Shown piece by piece: positions 49,161-60,570 of a stretch of DNA of 64,000 nucleotides (within the stretch, counting starts at the first letter, position 1; each line of letters starts with the position of its first letter). The position numbers and the translations under genes were made by a program. Source of the stretch: Oikopleura dioica. Taxonomy: Eukaryota > Animalia > Chordata. The notes under the pieces were generated by a model. It did no database searches. It was not told the DNA's origin and saw only the letters and a list, made by a program, of their open reading frames with translations. The stretch is from positions 3,348,001 through 3,412,000 of the forward strand of contig OU015569.1 of NCBI GenBank assembly GCA_907165135.1, written 5' to 3'.

Positions 49161-49960
49161 TATAAAAATCACGCGCTATTTTACGTGTCTATCATTGATA
49201 AATTAGTATGGGAAAGTTTAGGAAGAGGGGGATGCATTTCTTTGTTCAAAATTATGATTCGTATCCTGAAAGTTGTTTTCCTTTCTTTTGTGATTTTTAC
49301 AATCACGAGAGCTGAATTTACGGCGCAGGCGCAAGAAATGCCAAGTTAGAAATTATCAGAGAACCAAACCGGAAGTTAAATAATGTGAATATAATGCTGA
49401 TCAGAAAAATTGAGAAAGTACCTAAATCCTAATGCCTCATCGATAATCCACACTGGTAGATTCTCAAATGGATTTGAAGCTTCATTTTTGCTTGTATTGA
49501 CAAATCAACAAAGAAGTTGATGATTGCTAAAATGCAAATAAATAGCACGACTCCTTTTAAAAGAAGTTGCAGTACTTACTCCGCACATTCATCCTTTTTG
49601 AAATAGAGACGACACCGAGAATTTCCCAGAAGCCCTAGGGGTATAAAAAATTATTGACAATTGATACAATTATCCGAGTTTAAGTTCTAGTGAGTAAAAT
49701 AACCCCGCGAGGCGGACTTGTAATTGAAGCTTGACTTCCTTCCCGTTTATTTCGCTCTTGATCGAGCCGACGTACTTTTTTGCAGCAAGTTGAAACCGCG
49801 TGGTCACAGCTTCTACGAACGGGCGCACACTAATCAATTCTGCGTCAACGGTCTCCTCGGGCCTGCCCCAAAAAAAAGCCCTTTCATTCGACTCAAGGCT
49901 TATTTTCGCAAATCACGGAAAATATTTTTTTTCATTCAGAGAGAAATCGGGTCGTTGAAA

Positions 49961-52900
49961 ATGTGGGCGACCGCCTTAATATTTCTGGGCAGTGTGCATG
50001 GATATTACGGCGAATCGAGTATTAGAGCAAAAGCCTTCTTTAGAAAGAATGTTTTCGAGGGCGAAGATCTCAAGGAATGTTATTTAAAATTTAAAAATGG
50101 ATAGCCTTATCAACTGTACTTTTTTTACATAAATTTATTGTTTTGACAGGTGGTTGAATAGCATTGAACAGATTTCGATCCATAAACTCGGCTGGGACTC
50201 ATCCAAAACATCGAATTTGACTGTCTCGATCGCATTTTGCCGAGGCTGGCCAACGCCACCGCCACTTATGGAAGAAAAAATCACATTTCTACAGAACAGT
50301 GAAACCATGCTCATCGAGAAAACGTTCAATATTTATCAAGGCATTCTTGCCGCAAGAGACGATGATTACTCTGACCCATGTGTTAAATTGGTGTTGGAAT
50401 CTGAAGACGAGGAAGAAGACGACGACGCTTTGAGTTACTACGGGAGAAACGACGGAACTCTTTCGTCGGAAGAAACCTTCGAAATCAAAAAAAGGAGTCG
50501 CATTTTAGTACAGTCTGATAAGGCCAAATACAAGCCAGGGAACACCGTTCAGTTTCGTGTAATCGCAGTCGATGAAGAACTTCGAGCGCTTGATGCCAAA
50601 ATTACTTACGACATAATTTCACCTTCCAATAACAAAATGGCTTCCGTAACAAAACAGAACAACAAGAAAGTGGTTCAAGGATCATTCCAGCTCGACAAAT
50701 TCGCTGAACAGGGAACTTGGGAAGTCAAGATACAGTCGACAGCTATCGATTATGGCGAAGACCACGAGGAGACTTATACATTTGAGGTTGAAGAATATGT
50801 CCTCCCCAAATTCGAAGTCAACATCGTGAGCGAGGGTTATGTCATTGAAGGCGAAGACTTTCCCTTTGTTGTCGAAGCAGAGTACACATTTGGACAGCCG
50901 GTGCCAGGCGATGCCAAAATTGAAGTGACTGAAGTCGCATGCAACACCTGGTACTACCGCGACCCCTGTGATGACTTCGAGAACTGTTCCGAAAAGCGGC
51001 TCGACAAGTCCGTCACAAATTCAGACGGCAGTATTGGCGAGACTCTGAAATATGATGACTGGAAGGGACTCTTTGGCGAGTCTAACTACTACTGCGACAA
51101 ACAGTTCAAGATTCAGGTTTCCTGGGAAGACACCGCGTCGGGAGAAACAATCGACTTCTCCAAGATTATCAAAGTCGAAACTGAGCGTTACCAAATCGAT
51201 ATGCTCTATGAGCCGCAAGTTTATAAGAAGAAGACCGGCCTCAACTACATCGGACAAGTGAAAATGATCGATGGCAGCACCTTGGATAAAGAAGGAGAAG
51301 TGCAAATAACAGTCACATCTCAAAAATATAACTATGACAAGCGCGAATATGAGACAACTACGACTAACGATGCGATCCAACTCAGATTCGAAGATGGAGG
51401 TATTTTTCAGTATAAAATTCCGGAAGAACAATTTGAAATGCTTCTGGATCCAGAAACTAGAAGAGGTTGGAGTGTGAGTTTCGACATGTCCTTTGAGGGC
51501 GTCAAGAAATCGCAGAGCGTTTCAATTCCTGAATCAAACTATGAGCTTGAACTTGAATCTGATGCCGACGGAAAACTAACTCCCGGAACATCCATTGACT
51601 TACGAATAAGGTAATAGTCTTTCTTTATTCATTTTTGACGGTATTCCCTATTCTTAACTCATTACAAAGAGCCGATGTCGACGGTCCTGTTCTTCTTTTT
51701 GTGACAAGCAACGGAAAAGTTCTTGCCGAATATAAAGTCGAAGCGATTCAAAATGTGGAAGTTGTCCAATCGGTCGACATTACTGCTTCCATGATTCCCG
51801 AAGTGAAATTCCTTGTTGTTAGCGGAGCGGCACGTGATAACACGGACTGGGCTGCTGACAGCATCAGCTACTTTGTAGAGACAAATTTTGACAATGAAGT
51901 AGAACTCGCGGCGCCGGAAAAAGGAGAGCTCGGTGAAAACATCGAGATTGGTATTACTGCAGCTGAAAATTCGCCAGTTTATCTTCTTGGTGTTGATAAG
52001 AGCGTTCTCTTACTCAAGGTTAGAAAACCGGACCAAAGATTTTTTGTTCATGAAAAACTTCAGAGTGGAAACGATATTGGAGAAAAACGAGTTTTGGAAG
52101 CTAAACAAGGAGGCCCCGACGAAGAGCATGGCTGGCGACCTTGGCCAATTTGGGGTGGTTGTGGAATCTGGTTTCCTTGGGGTTATGGCTCAAGCGCAGA
52201 GCAAAAGATTGAAGACGCCGGCATGGCCACAATGAAACTCGGAACGGGCTACTATTTGATTTTACTTAGAGTATTCACATCCAATAACTGACTAACAGTT
52301 TAACGTTTTCAGCAATTTTGCTTTAGCAAGCGAGTCGGCACAACTCACTTTTACGTTTAAACTTATCATACTCACACGTTTTAATGCACGAATTTTTTTA
52401 TTTGCGTATCCATGAAATAGGAGAAAACCAATACATGTTCGAGGTCATGTACATGGAGGAACTTAGTGCTAGTAGTGCAGCTTCATACGATATGGCATTT
52501 GGGAATGTAGAAGCGGTCGCTGATGTTTCCGATGCTAAGGTAAAAAAGAAAATTTTGTAGAAAAATGAAATCGCGTAATAGGGGAAAAAATACTTTTTTT
52601 TTCAGATTTTTTATTGAACCTTTTTTTACGACGATATGGATATGATCACTTTTTGCCCCTAATAAGTTCCTAAAAGTAGAAGAAGAATGTACTATGCGAA
52701 ACATTCTCCGATGATGATGAGCAGACCTAGGGTAGCAATGAATATGCGGCCTAACTCGGTATTGAAGATTTTGAAACGATGATTTAATCAGTAATTTACT
52801 TATTTTGATTAAAAATGATTTTCACGTGATTTCGGGAAACACATTTCGGCGAAAGATGCAATATTGGTCCATTCAGTACGGTCTAAACGTTTGTGGGTAG

Positions 52901-55900
52901 AACTTTTACCGTAATTCTCTTTGATTTTACCTACTGTTACAGTATTAACTGTAGCCAAAACAACAATCAATACAACAAGCAATAACTAACGATATCTTAC
53001 TGTTTCATTTTTTTTTGTAGTTTTTTAGACTTTAGTTAGCGAATAGGAACAACTCACTAAATTAACCTTGCTAACACGTTTTATTGCACGAGTTTTTGAT
53101 TTGCGTATCCACGAAATAGGAGAAAACCGATACATTGTCGAGGTCATGTATGAGAGACCAGTTAGTGAAAGCTTTGCTGCAGCATCAGACGACACAGCTT
53201 TTGAGAATGTAGAAACTGATAAGGTAAAATGGAAATATCCTAGAAAAATGAAATCAATTGGATAAATTAAACGATTTTAAAAGACATAATGACCTGAAAA
53301 AGTCAAAGAAAACCACGCCAAATGGGGAAAAATTATCATAACGTAATCTAGCCTGAAATTAGAAAAAAGGAAAAAAATAGAATTCATGTATAGGTACCTA
53401 AGTCTAGGTAGAAGTATGAATTCAAGTCCCATGAGCTATGAGATGAGCTATGGGGATTATAGCTGGGAAGAAGTAAGTTTCCATCAGGTGTCTGAAAATG
53501 GTTTTCCCATTAGCGGTGTTTCATAATTCAGAAAAAGGTGCTGTGAATTAAACGTGGAAAGTTTTTTTTTGAATCCTGAGAAAGTTCTCTGAGAGGGCCG
53601 ACTCTAGCCTTGACTCTAGCCTGAAAACAGAAAAGAGGGAATTTTTACTAGGCATGCCCTTATTCTTATCGAATAGTGCTTCTATGGATGGGGGATGGAA
53701 GGGCATGGGGCGTATAATTGGCGGCGCATCTGCGCGTGTAAGTTTTCTTCGCGGTGTCTGAAAATTGGTGTGCAAAAAAAGAATAGCGTGTGTTATATAT
53801 TTTTATCGAATTACAAATGACGATTTAAAACGGTTTAAATATCAATAAATCAATTTTTTGGTGCTTACAAATGCTAAAGCCTAAATAAGATAATGCCCCG
53901 ATGATAATGTACAAAGAGATGTCATACGGTCCGGTTTATGCCGAAATGGTAACTTTCACAAAAATGTGTTGTTTGTGATTGTTTTGCTTGATTCTCATGA
54001 TCATCTACTATCTCATCATTCATGTTACGAATATTCATTTCATTTGACCGGTGTTTACTTGTGGTGTGATTACCTACTTATCGAAAACAAAGATTTAACA
54101 AATGTTTAAGATGCCTGCGCCCGGTGGATCAAGCGCTCCGGAACCAGAAACGAGAAAGAAATTCCCAGAAACCTGGATTTGGTCTTCCGTTGAAACAGAC
54201 GAAAGTGGAAAAGCTTCAGTTATGAGTTAAAAAGCAGTCTTCGAGACTCGAAATCTTATTTCGAGTTTGTCCTAATTACAAGTTGATAACTTTTTAAAAG
54301 TGAATGTCGAAGTTCCGGACACGATCACTTCATGGATAGTGACTGGATTTTCATTGTCTGGCGAAAAGGGCCTCGGGTATCAAAAGGAGCCTTCGAAAAT
54401 TGTTGCCTTCAGAGATTTTTTCGTCAAACTTGAACTGCCCTATTCAATCAAGCAAAACGAAATGTTCCTTGTCAAGGCCGTTGTCTTCAATTACCTTGGA
54501 CAGGAAGTGGAAGCCGATGTCACTCTTGACCTTGCCCCCGGAATGGATCTGCTTGCTGATGAACTAACTAAACGAGTTTCTATCAAGGCACAAAACAGAT
54601 CTCCAGTCGGCTGGCCGATCATCGTAGATTCTAGCGGTGTCGTCCCAATCAAAGTCAAAGCAGTGGTCGTTGGAAACCTCGCGGGTGATGCTCTAGAAAG
54701 ACCTCTGATTGTCAAGCCAGAGGGAATTCCTCGAACAAAAGCCTTCAATCTTCTCCTCAAAGACGACGATGCTGATGATATTGAAGTTGATTTTCCACCA
54801 AACGTTGTCGCTGACTCCGAGCGAGTGGAAATGCGTATCTTTGGAGACATTCTTTCCAACACCTTGCAAAACATTGACGGTCTGTTGAAGATGCCATACG
54901 GTTGTGGAGAACAGAACATGATTAACTTCGCCCCTGCGGTATTTATCTACGATTATTTGGAGAAAAAGATGGAACTTACTGAAGAGATAGAAGAGAAGGC
55001 TTCGCGCATCATTCAATCTGGCTACCAACGCGAGATGACCTACGAACACAGCGACGGTGGTTTTTCAGCTTTTGGCGAGAACTCATACTCAAAATCAAAG
55101 GCAGCCACGCTTTTGACCGCCTTCGTTGTCAAATGCTTTAGAGCGGCTGAGAAGTTATCTAAAAAATTCATCCCAGATGGAGTAGTCGAAAAGCAGTTAG
55201 ATTTCTTGGTCACAAGATTCAACACGGAAACAGGTCAATTTGAGGAAGACGGTAAAGTCTTCTCTAGCTACATCAAGGGTGCTCTGGATGCTGATGGAGA
55301 CAGCGCAATCACAGCATATACCCTCATTCCCTTTATTGAAGGCGGAATTCTTCCTAAATACAGTGATTTGGTAGACAAGGCACTTGACACTCTGGAAGCC
55401 GCCATTCCAACGAGTACAAATCATCACACTCTTTCGTTGATTGCTTATAACTTATTCCTTGCTGGAAGAGAAAGCGCCAGTGCAGCGATGGCTAAGTTGG
55501 AGACTTTTGCTAAGAACGAACCAGGCAGTACTTATTGGACAACTGAATCACGCTACTCCGGAGAAGAGCCATCCGTTGAAATTTCAAGTTATGCATTGAT
55601 GAGTTATGCAAGCGGCGATGAAGACTTTTTACCGGTTTTCCGGGGAATCATGTCTCAACTCTCAGAAACCGGTGGTTTTAAATCCACTCAAGATACCGTT
55701 ATTGGTCTCCAGGCTATCAGTGACCGCGCAAGCTTCTTCGTCAGTCCAGAAGACAATCTATCGATCGGAGCAATGCTCGACTCTGAGACTGATCTGTTCA
55801 GCTGGGTACCTGACGCACTCACTCCTGCAAATTCACAAGTGGTGCAGATCAAAAACGTTGAGCTCAGCGGGGAAGGACTTTTTGGAATCACGTCTTCTGG

Positions 55901-56618
55901 CAAAGGAACTGCCATGATTCAAGTTATCATTCATTACAACACCAAAGACACGTCAAACGATCCCTTCGACGTCGACTTCTTTTTCACAGAAATACCGGAT
56001 AAGCGAAAACGAAAGCGACGAAGTGCAGATATACCAGATTCCGACTTCTGCATCCAAGTTACAACAAAAGCGACAGATGTAAGTGATTGATATTTTTTGG
56101 CGATTAAAATGCTTTTGATTTCAATATCATATTTTTTCAAGAACGAACAATACCGCGTCCCCGACGGAATGAGTTTGGTCACAATAGAGCATCCATCTGG
56201 CTTCGCGCATTTGTCGGTAGAAGCAACTGACGGCTCGGATGAGCCAGAAAAAGTGGAAATTAATGCCGATCGAACTGTTCTCTACTACAACGATCTTGCG
56301 AATGCTGTCGGCGCTTCCGTTTGCCTCACAAAGATTCAGCCTGTCGAAAACCCCAAACCAGTGTACATTTCAGTCCAAGACTACTACAACCCTGACGCCG
56401 AAACAACAACTGAAGTTGTCCTGCGTGACCTTCAAAAAGTAATCTAGAATAAGAAAGCTCCACTCATGATCATTTAGGAAACTCCCCTATGCGACCTCTG
56501 TGGCGACTTCTGCGCCCTTGACTTTTGCGTTTCTGAACCTGCACCTGGTGGATCTCAGAGCTTTGGTAATATGAATATGCCTTTATTCGCGTTGGTGATT
56601 ATCTATAATTTCTGCTGA
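49961..56618 (+). CDS. CD109: CD109/TEP-type thioester protein (alpha-2-macroglobulin family), probably GPI-anchored
   Basis: Signal MWATALIFLGSVHG; QSDKAKYKPG; FEVEEYVLPKFEV; LLGVDKSVLLL; RKKFPETWIW; VPDTITSW; thioester GCGEQNM (54900-54920); GGFKSTQDTVIGLQA; polybasic KRKRKRR; terminal CDLCGDFC and hydrophobic GPI-like signal. Confidence 0.9.
52421..52539 (+). CDS. Bait cassette exon A: (G)ENQYMFEVMYMEELSASSAASYDMAFGNVEAVADVSDAK
   Basis: AG/GT bounded, 119 nt (3n+2), phase 1 to 0, open. Confidence 0.8.
52667..52758 (+). CDS. Bait cassette exon B: (V)PKSRRRMYYAKHSPMMMSRPRVAMNMRPNS
   Basis: AG/GT bounded, 92 nt, phase 1 to 0, open. Confidence 0.65.
53120..53223 (+). CDS. Bait cassette exon C: (G)ENRYIVEVMYERPVSESFAAASDDTAFENVETDK
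   Basis: AG/GT bounded, 104 nt, phase 1 to 0; paralog of exon A. Confidence 0.8.
53408..53472 (+). CDS. Bait cassette exon D: (G)RSMNSSPMSYEMSYGDYSWEE
   Basis: 65 nt, GTAAGT donor, phase 1 to 0; alternative in-frame acceptor at 53381. Confidence 0.75.
53652..53737 (+). CDS. Bait cassette exon E: (G)MPLFLSNSASMDGGWKGMGRIIGGASAR
   Basis: 86 nt, GTAAGT donor, phase 1 to 0; alternative in-frame acceptor at 53631. Confidence 0.75.
53890..53948 (+). CDS. Bait cassette exon F: (D)NAPMIMYKEMSYGPVYAEM
   Basis: 59 nt, GTAACT donor, phase 1 to 0. Confidence 0.7.
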
Positions 56619-56939
56619 TTGTGGACAGATTTTCTTTTGTCTTATTTATTTTTACTTACTTTCTTGTAAATCCCCTGTTTTCTTATTTTTCCACATTTTT
56701 TTACTGTACATATGAATCATATGATATGATCCACCGAGCTATTCCAAGAAGGTATTTTAGATATGCCGTAGATAATATGTGTTAGTTTTCTTTAAAATAA
56801 CTAATATAGAAACGAGTTAACCCGTATTTGAAAAAAGAGCAATCAAACTAGATGCATGTTTCACATTTGAAATATGAATGCAGATTTCTTGACACGAATT
56901 GACGATGTTATTTTGTAGTATCCACTCTTATCATTATTT

Positions 56940-57245
56940 CAGTTCAACCTCCTTTGCCGCCCCTCCCTTCTGAAATCGACAGTGGATGGATCAAGCCACC
57001 AAGTTTTATCCAGCTTCCGGAAGATCTGACGATCGTAATGTACCATTAAAAACCACATAAATCATCATACATTTCAGATCCGTGATGCGAACAATTGGAA
57101 CACTGACAAGTTTGCTGATTATGTTGTTAAGCTACGCAAGCGCATTCTCAAGCGTTCTCCCCATAGTTATTCAAGAAGTGTCATTAGAGAGTTGGAGGAA
57201 CATCTCAACATGTTCAAAATCATCCTCGACAAGATGCTCAATTAG
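56940..57245 (+). CDS. Small hypothetical protein (start exon uncertain)
   Basis: Exons VQPPLPPLPSEIDSGWIKPPSFIQLPEDLTI and IRDANNWNTDKFADYVVKLRKR...DKMLN*. Confidence 0.45.
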
Positions 57246-57528
57246 ACGTTTTCGAAACGATTACAAGCTTCCTATCCCAACTTACTGAAAAAAAAAACTT
57301 CCATTCAGTAAAATTCAAATAAACAACAGTTCAAATAAAATCGAGAAGTAATAAGTATTGAAAAACAATGCATAAACAGCACTGCAAGCAATTTGAACAA
57401 GTTACGTAAAAGGACTAATCCCAAACAAGAAAGATCAATATTTACGAAAAACGCCAAAATTCAAATAAATCCGGAGCAGAGTTCATCTCAAACATTTTTT
57501 ACTCGGAGAAATTTAGAGACCGCAGGAA

Positions 57529-58567
57529 ATGCTATCCAGAATCGCATTAAGATCTTTTCGACCAATCGTCCGTTTTTCCTCCGATTTTCCAAAAGAAGAG
57601 CAGCCCCTTATTGTCGAGCGCCTTCAGGGTGACGATGAAGGTACGAATGTAATTTTTGCAGGGAATAAAAAGTTCAGGCATTGTCGTGTGGGCTTTGAAC
57701 AGGCCAAAGTCTAAAAATGCATTTTCCCGACAACTTTCTGCAGAACTCGCTCAGGTACCAATGATCTCGAAGGCCAATTCACTAAGTATCAGGCTTTTGA
57801 AGAAGTGAGATTCGACAAAAACGTCCGTTGTCTGATTGTTCGATCCACTACTCCAGGCATCTTTTGCGCTGGGGCCGATCTCAAAGAACGACGCTACATT
57901 CCAGAAGAAGAAGTCGGCGCCTTCGTCGCTAGAGGCCGAAAGTTTTTCCGCGACTTTCAGGAAATGCCTATCCCTACTATTGCAGCGTTAGGTACTACTA
58001 TTGTAGCGAGATAGAAATTCAAATTTACATGCTTGATAAAGACGGCTTCGCTCTTGGAGGTGGACTTGAGTGGGCAATGGGCCACGATCTGCGCACTTCT
58101 TCGGACGAGGCGAAGATGGGAGTCACCGAGACAAAGCTCGCCATCATCCCTGGCGGCGGCGGTACTCAAAACTTGACCCGCCTCGTCGGCGTCGGCAAAG
58201 CTAAAGAACTCGCCTTCACCGCCAGAATGATCAACGGCAAAGAGGCTGAAAGAATCGGACTTGTCAATAAGTCCGTTCCTCAAAATGAGACCGGTGATGC
58301 TGCTTATCAAGCAGCCCTCGAATTGGCTCGCGAGATTAAACCAAACGGTCCAATTGCACTCCGTATGGCCAAGACGGCGATCAACTACGGCTCCGAAGTC
58401 GACTTGAGCACGGCGCTGGCGATCGAGCAAATGTGCTACGCTCAGGTATCACTTTCTGGCGGAGCTTTCTTTACAGAGCTATTCTCTAGGTTATCCCCAC
58501 CGAAGATAGAATGGAAGGACTCATGGCGTTTATGCAGAAGCGAAAGCCTGAATACACCGGAAACTAA
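57529..58567 (+). CDS. AUH: Methylglutaconyl-CoA hydratase, mitochondrial (crotonase family)
   Basis: Transit-like [11 protein letters not shown]; [10 protein letters not shown]; [10 protein letters not shown]; ALGGGLE; [14 protein letters not shown]; [15 protein letters not shown]; [29 protein letters not shown]. Confidence 0.92.
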
Positions 58568-58937
58568 TGAGGAATGCTATTAGCATTAAATTAAATTGAA
58601 ACAAATTAACGAATTGCTAATAAATTACTATCAATAAGCTATTGACTCTTTCTTCAATCGAGTGACTGTTGTTCGGGTTCGCAGAAAGCCTTACAATTAG
58701 TATTATTTAATAAACAATTTAACAATAATATACCGGTAATAACCGAATTTTTAGCACGACAGCCCATTTTGTTTGCCATTTTCTCAAGAACGCTTTTCTA
58801 ATTGTTAGGAATTTTCTATTTGCAACGAAAAATAGGTGTTTTTCATGGCCATCTGCATCGGGTCGAAGCCTTTTCTCCGTTTCAAAAATCAAATCAGACC
58901 TAAGGTCTCGATTAAAAAAAAACTAATTTTCGTAAAA

Positions 58938-59855
58938 ATGTCAGAAGAAAAAAGAGTTATACGTCTCAGAGATTTCGCTAGGGAGAATCTTTCGAAATTC
59001 CGCGAAAAAGTTGATGGAGAGCTCTTAGCTGATTGTTCAAAAGCTGCTCGTGTAGAGAAAGGACAGTGATAAAATTTCTTTAACTTATTTGAATAAATAA
59101 AATTCTTATCTTGGAAGAGAAAAGGAAGAATTTCTTCAAAAATACAAAATGTTGAAAGAAGACGAAGAAAAAGCCTTTGCACTATTTGATGTTCTTAGGC
59201 CTAAATTTGAGATTGTAGAGCAGTGCTACATTAGCGCTAGGAATGGTTGAATAAATGACTTACTCTAATCACGAATAATAATTTGAAACCCATAACAAGA
59301 CAGAAAACCTTCGCTCATATAGAAGCTCGTCCTCAGTTCGCTCATCTTGTCCCTGAGGAGGCAAAGAAGCAGTCTGCTTGTCCTCACTGGACGCCAATAA
59401 CACAAGAACCAACATTGCCTGCAAACATCCCATCGTCGCCTTGTTACAGCCCAACATCGCCATCTTATAGCCCGACATCACCTTGTTATAGCCCGACTTC
59501 ACCTTGTTATAGCCCGACTTCTCCTTCTTACAGTCCACCATCAGCTAATTACAATTCTATGTACGGTGGAGAAGCATCTACATCTCAACATCAATACGAA
59601 ACATCACCTGCCTACAGCCCAACATCACCATCTTATAGCCCGACTTCTCCCTGTTATAGCCCAACATCACCGTCCTACAGTGATTCTACGCCAGCTGCTG
59701 CTCCTCCACCATCAGGAAATCCGCCTCTCCGATCTCAATTGATAACCACTCAACAAAAACCTAAGCGAAAGCGAAAACGAAAGAATCCTCCTTCACACAA
59801 AGCAAAACGAACTGCGTTTTATCGAAAATATCTCAAAAATGGCAACAATAATTGA
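58938..59855 (+). CDS. Lineage-specific nuclear protein with internal Pol II CTD-like heptads and a basic NLS-like tail
   Basis: Exons [17 protein letters not shown]..., [17 protein letters not shown]..., and a last exon with YSPTSP(S/C) repeats and KPKRKRKRK. Confidence 0.75.
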
Positions 59856-60229
59856 AATAAAATTAGCCATCACAAAAATCTCTCTCCGATTTCAAAATCT
59901 CAACGTTATTCTTTAAATTCATACACATTTAAAGCATGTTACATAAAACGAGTGAAACAAGGGCAAGCGTGAAAATTGCGATTGTTTAGAAAAAATTGGC
60001 TGAAATTGAAATGCACTTGTTGGAAAGACGAAATTCTCACCTGACAAGAAAGTTACGATATTATGTTGCCCGTCACATTCTTCTTCCGAGGTTAAATTGC
60101 GTTACTTTAACGAAGCTCCAGCTCTCTTTTCTGGGTGGAGCGCGTTTTGAAAATCAAAATTGATAAATTTTGAGAAAAGGAGATTTTCTCTAGAACACGT
60201 GTTTCCAAGCTAGTTGTTTTCCGCGCAGT

Positions 60230-60570
60230 CCTCACTTCACTTTCACGAAGTTTGAAAGTCCGAAAAGAGCGAAAATCAAGGTAAGACTTTGTTGATAAGA
60301 ATCAATACGAAAAAAAGTTGTATTTTTTCACACGTAGTCTAAAGCATAAACATCACAGTCTGCGACAGACACTAACACTTCCCATTTAGCCGGTTGGCGA
60401 CGACCAGGTCAACGACGAGGCATCTTCACCTTGAAGAACTTCCAGGACTCCCAACGACGATCAACCGTTATCGAAAAACGAGTTTGAGGTCAGAAGACAT
60501 CCAAGAAGTCCGGCATCTTCACGTTGATCCTTAAAAAGGATGTCCTGGTCGAAAAATATGAAGCCTGAAT
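60230..60570 (+). pseudogene. Paralog of 10360-10660 with an in-frame TGA
   Basis: GIFTLKNFQDSQRRSTVIEKRV*GQKTSKKSGIFTLILKKDVLVEKYEA*; shares the donor CAAG/GTAAG and the AATAAAATCAA 3' end. Confidence 0.5.

Noticed and set aside
52290-52420. Additional bait exons at about 52313, 52606, 52955 and 53488
   Set aside because: Early stop in the phase-1 frame or no usable donor.
51021-55915. Long minus-strand ORFs inside CD109 (and similar ones inside WDR62 and AUH)
   Set aside because: Antisense shadows of codon-biased real exons.
59283-59855. Calling this ORF RPB1
   Set aside because: No catalytic-domain exons nearby, only 7 good heptads, internal and followed by unrelated sequence.
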